Source: Azolla caroliniana
Lineage: Eukaryota > Plantae > Polypodiophyta
Assembly (NCBI GenBank): GCA_043228905.1
Contig: JBHGNT010000011.1
Span: forward strand, 1,426,001-1,490,000
Length of the DNA: 64,000 nucleotides
Reading direction: 5' to 3'
Below, piece by piece: positions 12,764 through 25,521 of this stretch. Below the pieces are notes generated by a model, which did no database searches, was not told where the DNA came from, and was given only the letters and a program-made list of their open reading frames with translations. The stretch's first letter is position 1; every line of letters starts with the position of its first letter. Position numbers and translations under genes: made by a program.

Positions 12764-13007
12764 GAGGCATATACCTCCACGCACACGAGACATCCAAAAA
12801 TAAGGGTTAATCGTAATACGCAATTGAGGTATTGACCTCTTACGTATACGAGACCAAACGCATATCATTTACAACAAAATCGAGGTGTTGACCTCATATG
12901 CACATGTAACATATGTTCGTGGACGTAATACATAATTGAGGTATTAACCTCGTACGCATACGACACTCATCACATATTATTTATATGTCAAACAAGGTAT
13001 TGACCTC
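12764..13007. repeat. Five regularly spaced GAGGT-N4-ACCTC inverted-repeat motifs in the B 5' leader
   Basis: Copies start at 12764, 12826, 12882, 12938 and 12994 (spacing 62, 56, 56, 56). Confidence 0.8.
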
Positions 13008-13265
13008 GTGCACATATGTAAACGTTTTAGATAACCAATTAAATACCACTACAACATCATTTGATTAATGAAAATAATCTACATATTAACCATACACATG
13101 ATTAGATGGGAGAAAAAAAAATAGACAAAAAATAACAAGAAAGATTACCAAAGTTCCTTGTTGATCCTTGTCTGCATGAAGGCCAACCGCACAACGATCG
13201 ATCGCCATCTATCGAGAAGATAAGACCAACAAAAGAAACATTAGTACATAGGCTCTGATACCAAA

Positions 13266-13725
13266 TATTAGAGACATGTACTAAAGTAAGCATTAGATAA
13301 GGATAGATCTAGGTAGATAGATAGAAAGAACGGAGAGAGAGAAAGAAGGGTGCCGATCCACCCAACAACCCCCCAACGAAGGGATCGAGACGGACTCGAG
13401 CCTCGATTGGCGTCCCATACCACCGCAGTGGCGTCGAGTCGTACCTGGTGCTGGCGCGCTCGCTACAAGAGTTGACCCACCACAAGACAGAGTCTCGACG
13501 TAGTCAACCAGATGATGAAATGAGGGTAGCTAGGCCTCTATTTATAGCGAGACCCAAGGCCCCCAACTATGTTCACACTTGGCCTAATGGGTTGTCTCAA
13601 TCCCGAGGATTTAAAAGTAATCCTCCCCTTCTTTACACTCTCGTTTAACCCTCACACTTATCCACGTGTATAGAATACTACGGTAAATTCTCACCGCGGG
13701 ATACGATATGGTCATGCCCTTAACA
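13266..13725 (-). repeat. 5' LTR of element B
   Basis: Repeat of 1816-2271, followed on the minus strand by the iMet PBS. Confidence 0.93.
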
Positions 13726-15304
13726 CTAAACCCGACAAAGAGTGTTTTTGGAGTAACGAGCGGGACGCTACTTGGTCACATCGTGAGTAGGGAAGGAATT
13801 GCAGTCAACCTGTATAAAGTAAAGGCCATCTTGGAATCTTTGGCTCGGCAAATGCCAAAGCATTAAGTCAGTTTTTAGGGCACATCCGGATGCTCTGGTA
13901 TCTGGCCGACTTCGCCACCCCATTACATGCGGCCGTACACCGAATTCCATTCCAAGATGGAGCAAGAAGATAAGGCATACCACGCGTTGAAGGTGATGTT
14001 GTCGCAGGCTCCGGTTGTGCAACCTCCGGATTGGACCAGGGATTTTCATGTGTTTGTGGACGCGTCCGATGTAGCAATCGGTATCGTTCTCATGCAGCTC
14101 ACTGAACCTAGGTGGTATCGGCCGGTGTACTATGCCAACTGGAAACTCTCGAAGACCGAACAAAACTACTCTATAATGGAGAGAGAAGCCCTGGGGATGA
14201 TCTATAGTGTAACAAAGTACCGCCATTACCTCCTAGGAAGAAAATTTTCATTCCATGTGGATCATTTGGCGCTGCTCTACTTGGTCTCGAAAGCATCCTT
14301 AACCGAGAAACTAGCACGGCGGACATTGTTACTATAGGAGTTTGAATTTGAGATATACCACCAGTCGGGAGTACAATATGCGGTAGCCGACTATTTGAGC
14401 CAGTTAGAGACCGCTAAAGCAAGAGACGGAGTATAGGACAAGTTTCCGGATGTGCAACTATTTAGGGTGACTGTGGAAAACAAAGTAGACAAAACGGTGG
14501 TTGGTGATGATAAATGGTTGTTGGTGACGATAAATGGCGCACTAACATGCAATAGTTCCTGAGCACCAGACTGCCTCCGAACGAATGGAAACGGTTGGCA
14601 GTCCAAAGCTATCATTTTTGTGTATTATAGGACACGTTGTACCACAAGGGAGCCAACGGAATATGGCGACGTGCAGTCTGAAGCGACGAAAAGGACCCAA
14701 TCCTACAGGAAGCCCATTGCGGAGTGGCGGGAGGCCACTATGTTGGGGACACTACAGTACGAAAAATTTGGAGAAGTGGATTATGGTGGCCGACAACCCT
14801 GAAAGACATGATCGGGTATGCAAAGGAATGTGATCTTTGTCAACGAATGGGCCAACCCACAGAATGAGCACGAATGCCGCACCAACCGGTCTTTCCATTG
14901 GATCCTTTTCAGAAATGGGGTTTGGATTTTGTAGGACCATTCAAGCCGCCCGCAATACGAACCGGAAATTGGTATATTATTGTCATGACTGATTATTGTA
15001 CGAAGTGGGTAGAGGCCAAAGCTCTGCGAGACAACACCGCAACAGCAACAAGAAAATTTCTATATGAATACATTTGGTGCAGATACGGTTGCCCGATCGA
15101 GCTTATCAGTGATCAAGGTGGTCATTTCCTCGGCCAGGTAATGGAAAGCTTGAGAACGTTCTACGCGGTTGTGCATAAATGGAGAACGCCATACTATCCA
15201 CAGGCCAACGGGCTGGCACAATCCACCAATAAGACACGACAGAATATTCTCCGGAAGATCATCAATGAAAACCGGACCGACTGGGACACAAAGTTACAAA
15301 GCGT
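13726..15304 (+). pseudogene. Element A, part 2: RT end, RNase H and integrase N-terminus/core
   Basis: FHVFVDASDVAIG, EREALG and FHVDH (RNase H). [29 protein letters not shown] and YYPQANG (integrase). Confidence 0.9.
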
Positions 15305-15972
15305 TGTCGTGAAGATTTCCGACTATAGAGTGAAACCGGGGTGGAATAGGGAAAGTCAGTGGTGCGCAACATGAGCACATGTACAGTAGGGAACGATGTA
15401 TAGAATAAGGGGGAGTATTGATCCCACATTGTAACGTTCCTCCGTCCTTGGGCTATAAAAGGAAGGGAGAGGTCTCTTGTAGAGGGTTGCCCATTTTGTG
15501 TCATAGGGGTATACCATTTTTTTTTGAGTCTTTCTTTTATTGGGAGTTTCTGGGGTTAGTTACTTCTTTTTCTTCTTCTCCTTCTTGAGAAGTTGGGTGC
15601 GGTAGCCATGGCAGCGAAGCTCTGTTAGGGTTAGCTTCTTTTCTTCTGAGCGTAGCCCGGCTAGAAGCCGAGGTTGTATCTTTCCCCTTGTAATATATAC
15701 ATACGTATTTCTTGTGCATATTGGTGTCTCTGGTGGTGTCGGGTGCATAGCCCTCCTTTGTTTCTTGTACATAAGAATCAGTGTCACGCACGTTCTCCTT
15801 CTCTCTCTCTCTCTCTCTCGTGTTCGGTTGCCTCCGGGACGTGTCCGGAGACGGTCTTCCCGGCATCCCATTCTCCTTCGTCCGAGACCCCCGTGGTCCC
15901 GCCCCTTCTACACGCACACGCATAATAACACGACATATTGGGGAACCCGACGTGAAAGGACGGCAAGGGAGA

Positions 15973-16542
15973 ATGGAGTTGGAAGAAGACGACTTCGCGC
16001 AACTTTTTGTCGAAGCGGTGAGGGAGTTTGGACGAGCAACAACAAGAAGAGAGACGGTGCAGCAAGCTGTTGAGCGAGTGGTCAAAAGAGTCAGCAGTTT
16101 CAATGGGGACAAGGTCCCATTCTATTTGCAAGCCTACAATGTGCAAATGCAGGAGCAAGACGTAGAAAAGGCGTTGAGGCTGGAGTTCTTCTGTCAGATC
16201 GTCGTCATCTGTATGCACGTGGAAATGAAGGAGCTCCGAGAAGCTCATAGTTCGTGGGAGGCCTTCGAAGAGGTGCTCCTGCAGGCATATGGAGGACGTC
16301 GCAAGAGTCGTGGACGACGCGGCTTCGACCAGTGGGTTGCATCGGCGAAGACCCACCGGGGCGCAACGAAGGCGTTCCGAGAGTTCGAGCGATGCCCTGC
16401 TCGGCTCCCGAAGCGGGAACAAGGTTTGGTGGGGGCGGACAAAGTCCTGTTGTTTGTTAAGTCGATCGACCGAGTAAAACGGGAGGCCATTGGGATTGAG
16501 CTCGAAGACGAGGACGGAGTGAATGGCCTTACGGAGGACTAG
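15973..16542 (+). CDS. gag-like N-terminal domain of element D
   Basis: AVERVVKRVSSFNG...SWEAFE...FDQWV...DKVLLFVKSID aligns by eye with the gag N-termini of C2, E and F. Confidence 0.65.
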   Translation: MELEEDDFAQLFVEAVREFGRATTRRETVQQAVERVVKRVSSFNGDKVPFYLQAYNVQMQEQDVEKALRLEFFCQIVVICMHVEMKELREAHSSWEAFEEVLLQAYGGRRKSRGRRGFDQWVASAKTHRGATKAFREFERCPARLPKREQGLVGADKVLLFVKSIDRVKREAIGIELEDEDGVNGLTED

Positions 16543-19500
16543 TCGAAGATCGGAAGGGTATGCCAACGGCTAGATGATGAGCGAGCCGAGAAGGCTAGGA
16601 GGAAGGTGCGCGACGGCGTGCCATCATAGCGGGAAGAGGCCAAACGACACAGAGAGTCAGCAAGGCTCGGCTTCAGGGCCAGGATTGCGGAGGCGTACGC
16701 AGCTCTCGAGGCAATGCTCGAGGAAGAGGAAAGATTGAGGCCGCAAACCGACGCCGAGGAGACGGACTTGCCCCACGAGATGGTAGAAGATCACTACCAC
16801 GGTACCATGGGAGAGGGTGCGGAACAAAACGCCTCTCGGCTTCCTGAGATAGAACGACCAAGGACAAGGCCATGCAACCGATCGTAAAATCGGAACGTTG
16901 GGACCGACGACTTCGGGCACCTCAACTCGAAACTCCGGACAGTGGAGTAGCAAGCCCAAGCGGGGCTTGCGCGATAGGTAAGAAGACAGCCACTGACCAC
17001 GAGGAGCCGGTGGCTATGGTCAAGGGCGTAAATAGGACAGGCGATTTTGCGCGTCTTCCTACACTTGCTCCCAAGACGATGGCAGTCAGGCCTAACTGCC
17101 CATGTAAGTCCCAAGAGGAGGAAGGCGGCGGCGTGAGACTGAGAATCGCCGGCAAGACGATAGAGGGAAGGAACGGACAAGAGCCCTCGGAACCGATTCC
17201 AGAGAACTCGGCATTCTGACCCTTATGCCCACGTGAGACCGAGGAGATGGATGACGATATCGAGGAGTCCTGGCACGATGCCAGCAAAGATGGATGGGAA
17301 ATGGCCCGCAGGGAGGTCGATGGAGGAACCAGGACATGACCCAAACAGGGACCGAACTGCGTGGCATTCCGATTCGGGTGGAGCGTGATCCAATCGTGGA
17401 TTGCTCGACCAGTACCAGGTTCGGCATGACGGTGCCGACACGGAAGAGGGTGCGGGACGAGCCGCCCTCTTTTACATGGGGAGAAAGACTGATCGGGCAA
17501 AGGTTGGGAACCAAAAAGGGAGGTGATCAAGGATTCTGAACGAGTCCGGCAGGATCGGCATCGGAGCCGAAACTCCGGACATTGGAGAATCAAGCCCAGG
17601 CAGGCTTGGTTGATTACAGAGCGGATGCTATGCACCAACACCACAAAAAGGATCGGTGGCCTAGGATGAGTCGCCGAAAGATGTTGCGAAATCGGTTACC
17701 CCACATCTTAACCGGAGACTTCGGCAATTCAAGCCGACACGGCAATGTAAGAACAAAAGAGAAGGGAGATAGTGGGGAAGCGCAAGAAAGGGGATCGTCG
17801 GCGCCGGGAAGGAATGAAAGAGGCGGTTGATTGAAGTATGGGTCCTCCACACTCATTCCCGAGACTTAGGCGGTTGCGTCCGAGAACCAACGGAAGACCT
17901 AAGAGACGGAAAGTGGCAGCGAGGACGCGAAGGTCACAACAAATACAACCAAGCCGGATAAGGAGAATGAAGACCGGTCCTATGGGTCACCTCACACCAA
18001 GCTAGAGACTTCGGCGGTCGGCATCGGATCCGACGTAAGACCAAGATACTAACGGTGGCGGCAGGAGAACGGGACACGGCAATGCGAAGTGATGGTCGGA
18101 CCCGCACGAGAACCGGGCGGAGCAGACTTCCGGATAACCGATCCGGGAGGGAGGAGAGGGCAGGCCTAGAAGAGGTCGATAACCGGTACATTGGTACTGC
18201 GGGAGAGGGTGTGGAGCGAGCCACCCTCTTGACACGCGGAAAGGAAGACCTAGGTTAGGTTCGGAAAGATGTGATCCTCACACGAATCCGAAGACACGTG
18301 CAATGCAAGCTGACGTGGCAACGTGAGACCGAGTGAGAAGGATGGTGGCGGTAGGAGAACGGGATCGAGCAAAAGGGACGGCAAATGACCACTAACCGAA
18401 TACAGGCCGGAAGACAACCCGGAAGGCGAGAGAAGAGAAAGGAAGACCGGTCCTATGGGATCCTCACACCAATCCGGAGGCACCGGCAGTTCAAGCCGAC
18501 GTGGCAACGTGAGCCTGAGTGCGAAGGATGGTGGCAGTAGGAAACGGGAACCGGCTTCGGCGGAAGTGCGGGTGGACGGTCCTATGGGATCCTCACACCA
18601 ATCCGGAGGCACCGGCAGTTCAACCCGACGTGGCAATGTGAGCCCAAGTTCGAAGGATGGTGGTGGCAGGAAACAGGAACCGGCGACGTAGGAAGAGTAG
18701 ACCAGTAGCCGGCAAGGCCGGAGTTGACGGGGCTGAACCCTTACCAGTCGATTACGATTTCGGGAGGAAGCCGGTGACCAGTAAGCATGGAGCGGAGCAA
18801 AAGACATGTGTGTGGCCATCAAGGTCCAAAGCAAAGCACGAGTACGGGATGGTGTTAGGCACAGGCGGTGCCGAACAAGGAAGCCGGAAGACGCCACACG
18901 ACACAACGACCATAGAAGGAACAAGGAGCGCGTATTGGGGTCACCTGAGGACCTAAGAACGAACGTGCATTCGGGGAATGATAACGGCCCACGGGAAGAG
19001 CCTATGGAAGGCACGCGCGGAGCAGAGAGAGTCGGCACGCCGAGGTGTTCCGGACGTGGAGACGATCAAGCCAACCGGAGAACATACGCAGCGGACAAAG
19101 TCGGGGTGACTGAGTCGGCAACGACGTTCGAGAGGTTTGATCGGGAAGGAAGGCACGAACGTTAGATATGGCGGATCAGATGGAGCCAGCCGGTCAGAAC
19201 CGGTAAGGAGCCAACAAGACGGATCAACACCATCAAGGGACCGGCAAGACGGTCGGGTGCCGGGAAGGCGAAGAGCCCGGTTGATCACCATCCCCGAAAT
19301 CTCTCACCCTTTTCCTTTCTTGGCATGTACCGGTGGACGTTTTCATGAAGAAAACCATCCCCAGGCGCAAACCGTGTATAGCGTTCGTGAACCGGCCCTT
19401 ACACGTGGGCACGCCCCTTGTTGTATAGTAGATAGGTAGGCACAAAAGTCGAATCCTAGGTAGCAATATTCTATAGGGAGAATCGAGGAGTATCTCTCTC

Positions 19501-20094
19501 CGAAAGGACAAAGAATTAACGTGATGTAAACGGGTCAACGGCCTCCCTCCTTGAGCTATAAAAGAGAGGGAGATGGGGAGAGCAGGGGGGGGCGCTTGAG
19601 AGGACGAAGTGCTGTCGGACTGGGACTGAGCTCTTCTTCTCTATCATTCTCCATAGCTTTCTTTTGCGCAAGTTCTCGAGAGGCTGATTCTGCTCCGTGG
19701 AACGCCCGTGTGCTTCTGGCAGAATCTCCATCTTGCTCCCCTGTGTGCGTGGGTGATCAGGTGTCGACATCCATCTTGCCGACCTGATCGGCTGTAACCG
19801 TTCGAGTCGTCTACATACATATATTTATATACATACACTAGTGTTCTTATACTCTATCTCCTACTCAACTCGTATCTCCTGTGTTGTTGGGCCGCGTTCC
19901 CGTGCGCTTCTTTCTCTATACGTGTGTGAGCGTGTCTCTCTCTCTCTCTTTTCTCACCTATTCCTCGGTCCAAGACCCCGGTGGTCCCGCCTTGTTCTCC
20001 ACGCACGCGCGTAACAACGCGACATCTTTGGTGAACCCGACGTGAACAGGCAGCAGAGGAGTAAAAGATTAGGGGGTCGGACCTCGTAGAAGCC

Positions 20095-23000
20095 ATGGCT
20101 TCGGCTGTGGACCGTATAGTGAGTGCGCGCGAAGGCACCGGCGCCCTTAATAGGGCTATCGAGGCGGTTGTCGGTACGATCGGCCGGTTTAGTGGGAAGG
20201 ATGCCATGAGCTACTTGGCGTCCTACCGGGCTGAGATGGTAATGAGGGACATTCCGAAAGAGAGGCGTCTAGCCGGATTCCCTCGAGTGGCGATGTCGGG
20301 CATCCATACGGAGGTGCTCGAGGTACGGGCCGAGAGCCGGACCTGGGAGGAGTTCGAAGGTCGGCTCCTCGAAAAATACGGTCTTGAAGATGTGCTTCGA
20401 CTTTCGAAGCGGGACTTCATGGAGTGGATGGAGACCCCCGACAAAGGAAGGAACGTGTCGGTGCTCCTCCAGGAATTTGAGGAACGCTTCGCGCGCCTCT
20501 CGGTGCTTGACCGAACCATTCTGGAAACAAGTCGTGTCCTATTGTTTGTTAAGTCAGTTGAAGAGCGGGATCGGGAGCAAGTAGGCCTCCTATTGGAGAC
20601 TGATGACGGGCTGATGGCCAACTGGGCCGCGGTGAAGAGGGTCTGTGGCCGTTTCGACAAACGGCGGGAATGGGTTGACAAAGGATCAACAGGGGCGGGC
20701 TCTGTCGCAGCAAGGAAGCTCGAGCCAACACCACCAATGTGAAGGGAAGAGACCCGAGATTGGCTCGAGACCGGATCGGCTTCGACCGGCATGGTCAAGG
20801 GCTCGTCTAGGGGAGCAGCTCTGGAGGAACTGACGTGGATGGTAAAGGATCTCCAGATCGACCAGGCACGGAGGGATGGTGGCGAACAGGCCCGTGACCG
20901 ACGACCTCTGGCTAGAAACAGGTGCATGTGGTGTGACGCGGTTGGCCACATCCGGAAGGACTGCGGGGACTTCGCCGAGGCGATGAGAAGCAACGTGATG
21001 TACGTGTGGAACGGTCGGGTGCACGCCAGCGAGACCCGAAGGGCCCTGGACCTGAACGTCAGGCGAGGAGGTATGAAAAGGCTGATGGAGGAGGCGGCGG
21101 CTTGTCACGCGGAGACCATCCACTACTCGGCGTCAGCTGGTATTCGGGTCGGAGGTGGCGAGGCCCCGAAGACGAAAAAAGGCGGGTTCTGGCCGACGAT
21201 GCTAGAAGGCCTCGCCGGCGCACGACTAAGGAAAGAAGAGGCGGACCGCGCGGAAAAACGGGTCCGGGAGGTAACCGGGTGGAGTGACCCGATGGAAGAA
21301 AAGACAGGCTTCGTCAAAGCCGCTTGTCAAAACTACGAGGCTCTCGTGGAGGACAAGCGGGTAGGAAAAACCGGAGGGGACGGGCCCTCGCAATGATATG
21401 AAACTCGATTCGGGCAAAGGCGGAATGAGGCCGGTGTAACCGACGCCCAGGATAATCCCAAGTAGGGCGGGTACCGACTGGGCACAGAGATCGAAAGATC
21501 CACGGACCTACGAAAGGTCCTGGAAGAACAAATCCTCGACAGCAAGGTGGAACTGTCGCTGAGGGAACTGCTCGGGATCGCCAAGAAGGAGTTCCACGAC
21601 TCCATCGTAGACTTGGTGAAGAGGAAGAGGCTGTCGATAGAGACAGAACCGGAGAAGCCGGTGGAGGTGCGGACGACGCACATAGAGGACATGGCGTTGG
21701 AAGACGAGTTGGTGGAGAGCCACTATTCGAGGCCGCACTAGGCCAAAGTGACCACAGAGACCCCCGTGAAGATCGGAGATGTTCATGAACCGGTGGTGGC
21801 GTTGGTGGACCACGGTTCAGAAATCAATTTGATGTCCATGGACTTCTACAAGAAGGGGAAATGGCCGATCAACACCAAGCACGGGTGGAAAATACGGGCA
21901 GCGACGCGTGCCACCGAAGAACTGAATGGAGCCTGCCCGAATGTACGAGTAAAGATCGACGATGTCGAGATTGACCATCACTTCTTTGTGCAGGAGACGT
22001 CCTCACATCCGGTTATACTAGGAGAACCATACATCATGGCATCACGGATGGAGACCAAGGTGCTGGACAACGGCTCGGCCTATGCAAGGGTCAAGAGCCA
22101 GGATGGGCGTCACTCGGTCCAGTTCCTGACGGTGAGACTGAACCATGAGCGGAACCGCGAGACCCTCAGGGGCGAAAGCCGAGAGGATTTTTAGACAGGG
22201 CTATGACATGGGGCCGCGATAGTCCGGACACTCCGGGAAAACCCCACAAGTGTACGATAGCGAAGAAGACCTGTACTATAAGTAGGAAATTTTGGTTCTC
22301 CGACAACGGAGGGTGTACGATAGTCGACGTCATTGGCTGGAAGAAGAAAAGGGCAGAGGAGCGACTTCGGGCATGTGGTATCCTTGGCCCTGGAGAGGAA
22401 ATCAATGGAGCCGTGGAGGCAGTCTCTTTCGACGATACCTTGGGGGAGCTGCGAGAGGTAGTCGGAGGAGTCCTTAAAGAGGACCAGACGATTCCGGTAT
22501 GTTCGGAAAGGATGTACGAAGTCATCGCGAACTTCAGTAGAGGGCTCGAGTCGGATCAGATGGCCCGGGTGGACACGAGGTACAAGACTGTGGACCGGAA
22601 GGTGAGGCCAGTCGCGGCTCCCTTGCTGGAGGGCAGCGAGTTGCGAATAAAGGGCGTTGCGTTGGACCCAAGTTTACGAAATCCGGCCCGCATAGGACAC
22701 ACGTTCACCGACATAACGCTACGTGAGCTCAAAATCGGTGGGGCCGGCTTCCTACTGCTGGCGGAAGAGGACCGGTTTCGGGGAATGCTCGGAAGGCACG
22801 GGAAGGCTTTCACATTCTCACCAGAGGAGATCGGGTGCGTAGACCCGACAGTCGTGGAACCGATGGTGATATTCACAGTACTGCATGTGTCGTGGAGTCT
22901 CAAACCGATTCCAGTACCCAGAGCTCACATCCCGAAGCTGATGGAGCTGTTAAAGCGGAAGGTCGAGATGGGCATCCTCGAACTGTCGAGTGCCCCATAC

Positions 23001-23617
23001 TCGAATCGGTGGTTTACCGTGCCAAAGAAGAACGGCACGCTGTGCTTTATTCAAGACCTGCAGCCGGTCAACAAGGTGACCATTCGAAACGCAGGAATCG
23101 GACTGACAATAGACGAGTTCGCGGAGGCCTTCGCCGGAAGGTCGATTTACTCGATCGGTGATCTCTACTCGGGGTACGATCAATTCCAGCTAGCCATAGA
23201 GAGCAGAGACATCACGACAATGCGAACTCCTCTCGGCCTAGTATGGATGTGTACCCTACCGCAAGGAGGGACGAACTTGGTGGCTCACATGGTGAACGCA
23301 ATGAACAAGGTGCTAAGGGATTGTATCCCGGACATCACCATGCCGTTTTTGAACGACGTCCCGATCAAGGGATGCCCGGTGGAGGAAAAGGATGAGACGA
23401 TCGGATCGGACGGGTGTCGGAAATTCATGGCGAAGCACATCGATGACTACGAGAAGGTGCTGCAGAGGTTAGAGGGTGCGAAGCTCACCTTCTCCAGGGA
23501 AAAATCAGCCTTCGGGCAATCAGAGATCATGGTCGTCGGACACCTATGCGGGTCGTACGGCCGGAAACCATCTCCGACTAAGGTAGAAGCCATCTCCGCG
23601 ATGAAGCACGACTGTAG
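20095..23617 (+). pseudogene. Element E gag (CCHC knuckle), protease and RT
   Basis: Zinc knuckle CMWCDAVGHIRKDC, protease ALVDHGSEINLM, and RT DLYSGYDQ, LPQGGTN and PFLNDVPIKG. Several premature stops. Confidence 0.9.
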
Positions 23618-25521
23618 TGTTGGGATTACGGTCCCTCCAGATGGGATGGTCAGATGTCCGGGAATCGGGAATGAAGACCCGAATGAGGAGTACCCGGTAT
23701 CGGAACCGGATGATGAAGACCCGGTTTCGGATCCGGATGATGAAGACCCCGGCTACGGAGCCGGATGACGAATGTACCCGGAGAGAGATCCGGATGCGGG
23801 GACATATTTGTGAATATGTTTGCCAAGGGCCCTCGAGGCTATATTTGTAAATAGCCCGAAAGTCATATGTGTATAAATATGACTTAGGGCAAACAGTTTT
23901 GTTGTTGTTGCTCAGTTTTCTGTTTTCCACTTAGAGGGAGCGAAGTGAGAGCAGCCGTGAGAGAGAGTGAGAGAGAGAGAAAGGAAGAGGTCGACGCCTC
24001 TGTGTAATACCGCCGCCTGTGGCGAGCACAGCGAGCTCAAGGTCGTCGCCTTGCAGCTCGCCATTGTACATTCCCTGCGTATAGTGATAGTTGGAGTCTT
24101 GCACTCCCGTGGTTTTTCCCGTCTAGGGTTTTCCACGCTAAACCCTGTGCATTCGAGTCTCTCTCTGTGTTTTCGATTTACTTCTGCATTGATTCGTGTT
24201 TCCTCGGTTGTGGCCGAGAGGTGAAGGTTTTGAAAGCGTCAATTTCTAACAATCTGGTATCAGAGCGACTGCAGTGCAAAAAATGGAAGGCGGCAGCAGC
24301 GGGCAGCCGGGGATGATGGTGCTGAATGCGCAGAACTACGCCGACTGGAAGATAAAGATGGAGGATCTGCTCATTGTTCGGGACCTGTATGAACTGATCG
24401 ACAGGTCGGAAATACCCAAGGGGGTACTTGAGACGGAATGAAGGCTTCTAAACCGGAAAGCCGTTGCAACCATTCGGCAATACGTCGACGTGAGCGTTCT
24501 ACAACATGTGGCGAACGACACCAACGCATATGAGATGTGGCAGAAGCTGTCGGGCCTCTACGAGAGGAAGAATGCGTTGAACTGGACCTCCCTGATGAGG
24601 AAGATAGTGAACCTCAAGTACCGGGACGGCGAGAGTATGGTGGAACACGTAAGCACGTTCATGGGATTCGTGAACCAGCTTGCGGCGATCAAGTTCCTGT
24701 TGGAGGATGCAATGCAAGCCATCATGCTGATGTGTACATTGCCGGAAAGCTGGGAGAACTTGGTGGTGACTCTCAGCACCTCCTGCACCGAAGATAACTT
24801 GTCCCTACAAACGGTAAAGACAAGCATTTTAAACGAAGAAGCGCGTCGGAGAGATAAAGAACCGGCCTCCGATCTGAAGATGCTGCTTACCGAATCGGAT
24901 CGGGGAAGACAACGGAACCGGAGTCCGCAAAGACGGGAGAAGTCGGGGACCCGGTCGCAGTCAAGAGGAAGGCCCACATGCTTCCACTGTGGGAAGCCGG
25001 GGCACTTCCGAAAGAATTGTCGGCATTACCGAAAAGACAACGGAGCCGACGACACCGATTCGAAGAAGTCTTCAGAACGGAACGGTGCTTACCGGGGAGC
25101 CACAGACCGGAATGGTTCGGATCGGCGAGGGCAGGACCGGAAAGGAACGACGGCACTCGCGGCAAGTGAAGAGGAGATCATGCTCATCACCGAAGAAGGT
25201 GAACTAAACATTGCCGGCGATGAGACTACCTGGGTGGTCGATTCCGGAGCGTCGTTCCACCTGACCCCGGAAAGAAGATACTTCTCATCCTACACAGCCG
25301 GTGAGCATGGCTGTGTTCGGATGGGAAATGAAGGTACGTGCCGGATTGCTGGCATAGGAGACGTGTGGTTGACAACCTCGACCGGATGCAAAATGTTGCC
25401 GAAGGATGTCCGACACGTTCCGGAGGTTCTATTGAACCTGATTTCGGCCGGGAGGCTAGACGATGAAGGCTACACAGGTAGCATCCGGAACTGCGTAATG
25501 AAGTTCAGCAAGGGGAGCCTG

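Larger units (their letters stand above)
1816..13725 (-). mobile_element. Chromoviral Ty3/gypsy element B inserted in the RT of A (TSD CTAAA), internally disrupted by C and C2
   Basis: LTRs at 1816-2271 and 13266-13725. CTAAA at 1811-1815 and 13726-13730. The RT of A reads through the join (RLSLN|P.K..FGVTSG). PBS TGGTATCAGAGCC (iMet) at 13251-13263 and PPT near 2272-2285 on the minus strand. Confidence 0.93.

Noticed and set aside
12764-13007. CRISPR-like array (palindromic repeats with regular spacing)
   Set aside because: Repeats are only 14 bp and degenerate, alternate spacers resemble each other, there are no cas genes, and the context is a eukaryotic retrotransposon leader.
15300-15304. 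5-bp TSD AGCGT for element D
   Set aside because: It would require the LTR to end in AC rather than CA, and E, F and the solo LTR fit only 4-bp duplications.
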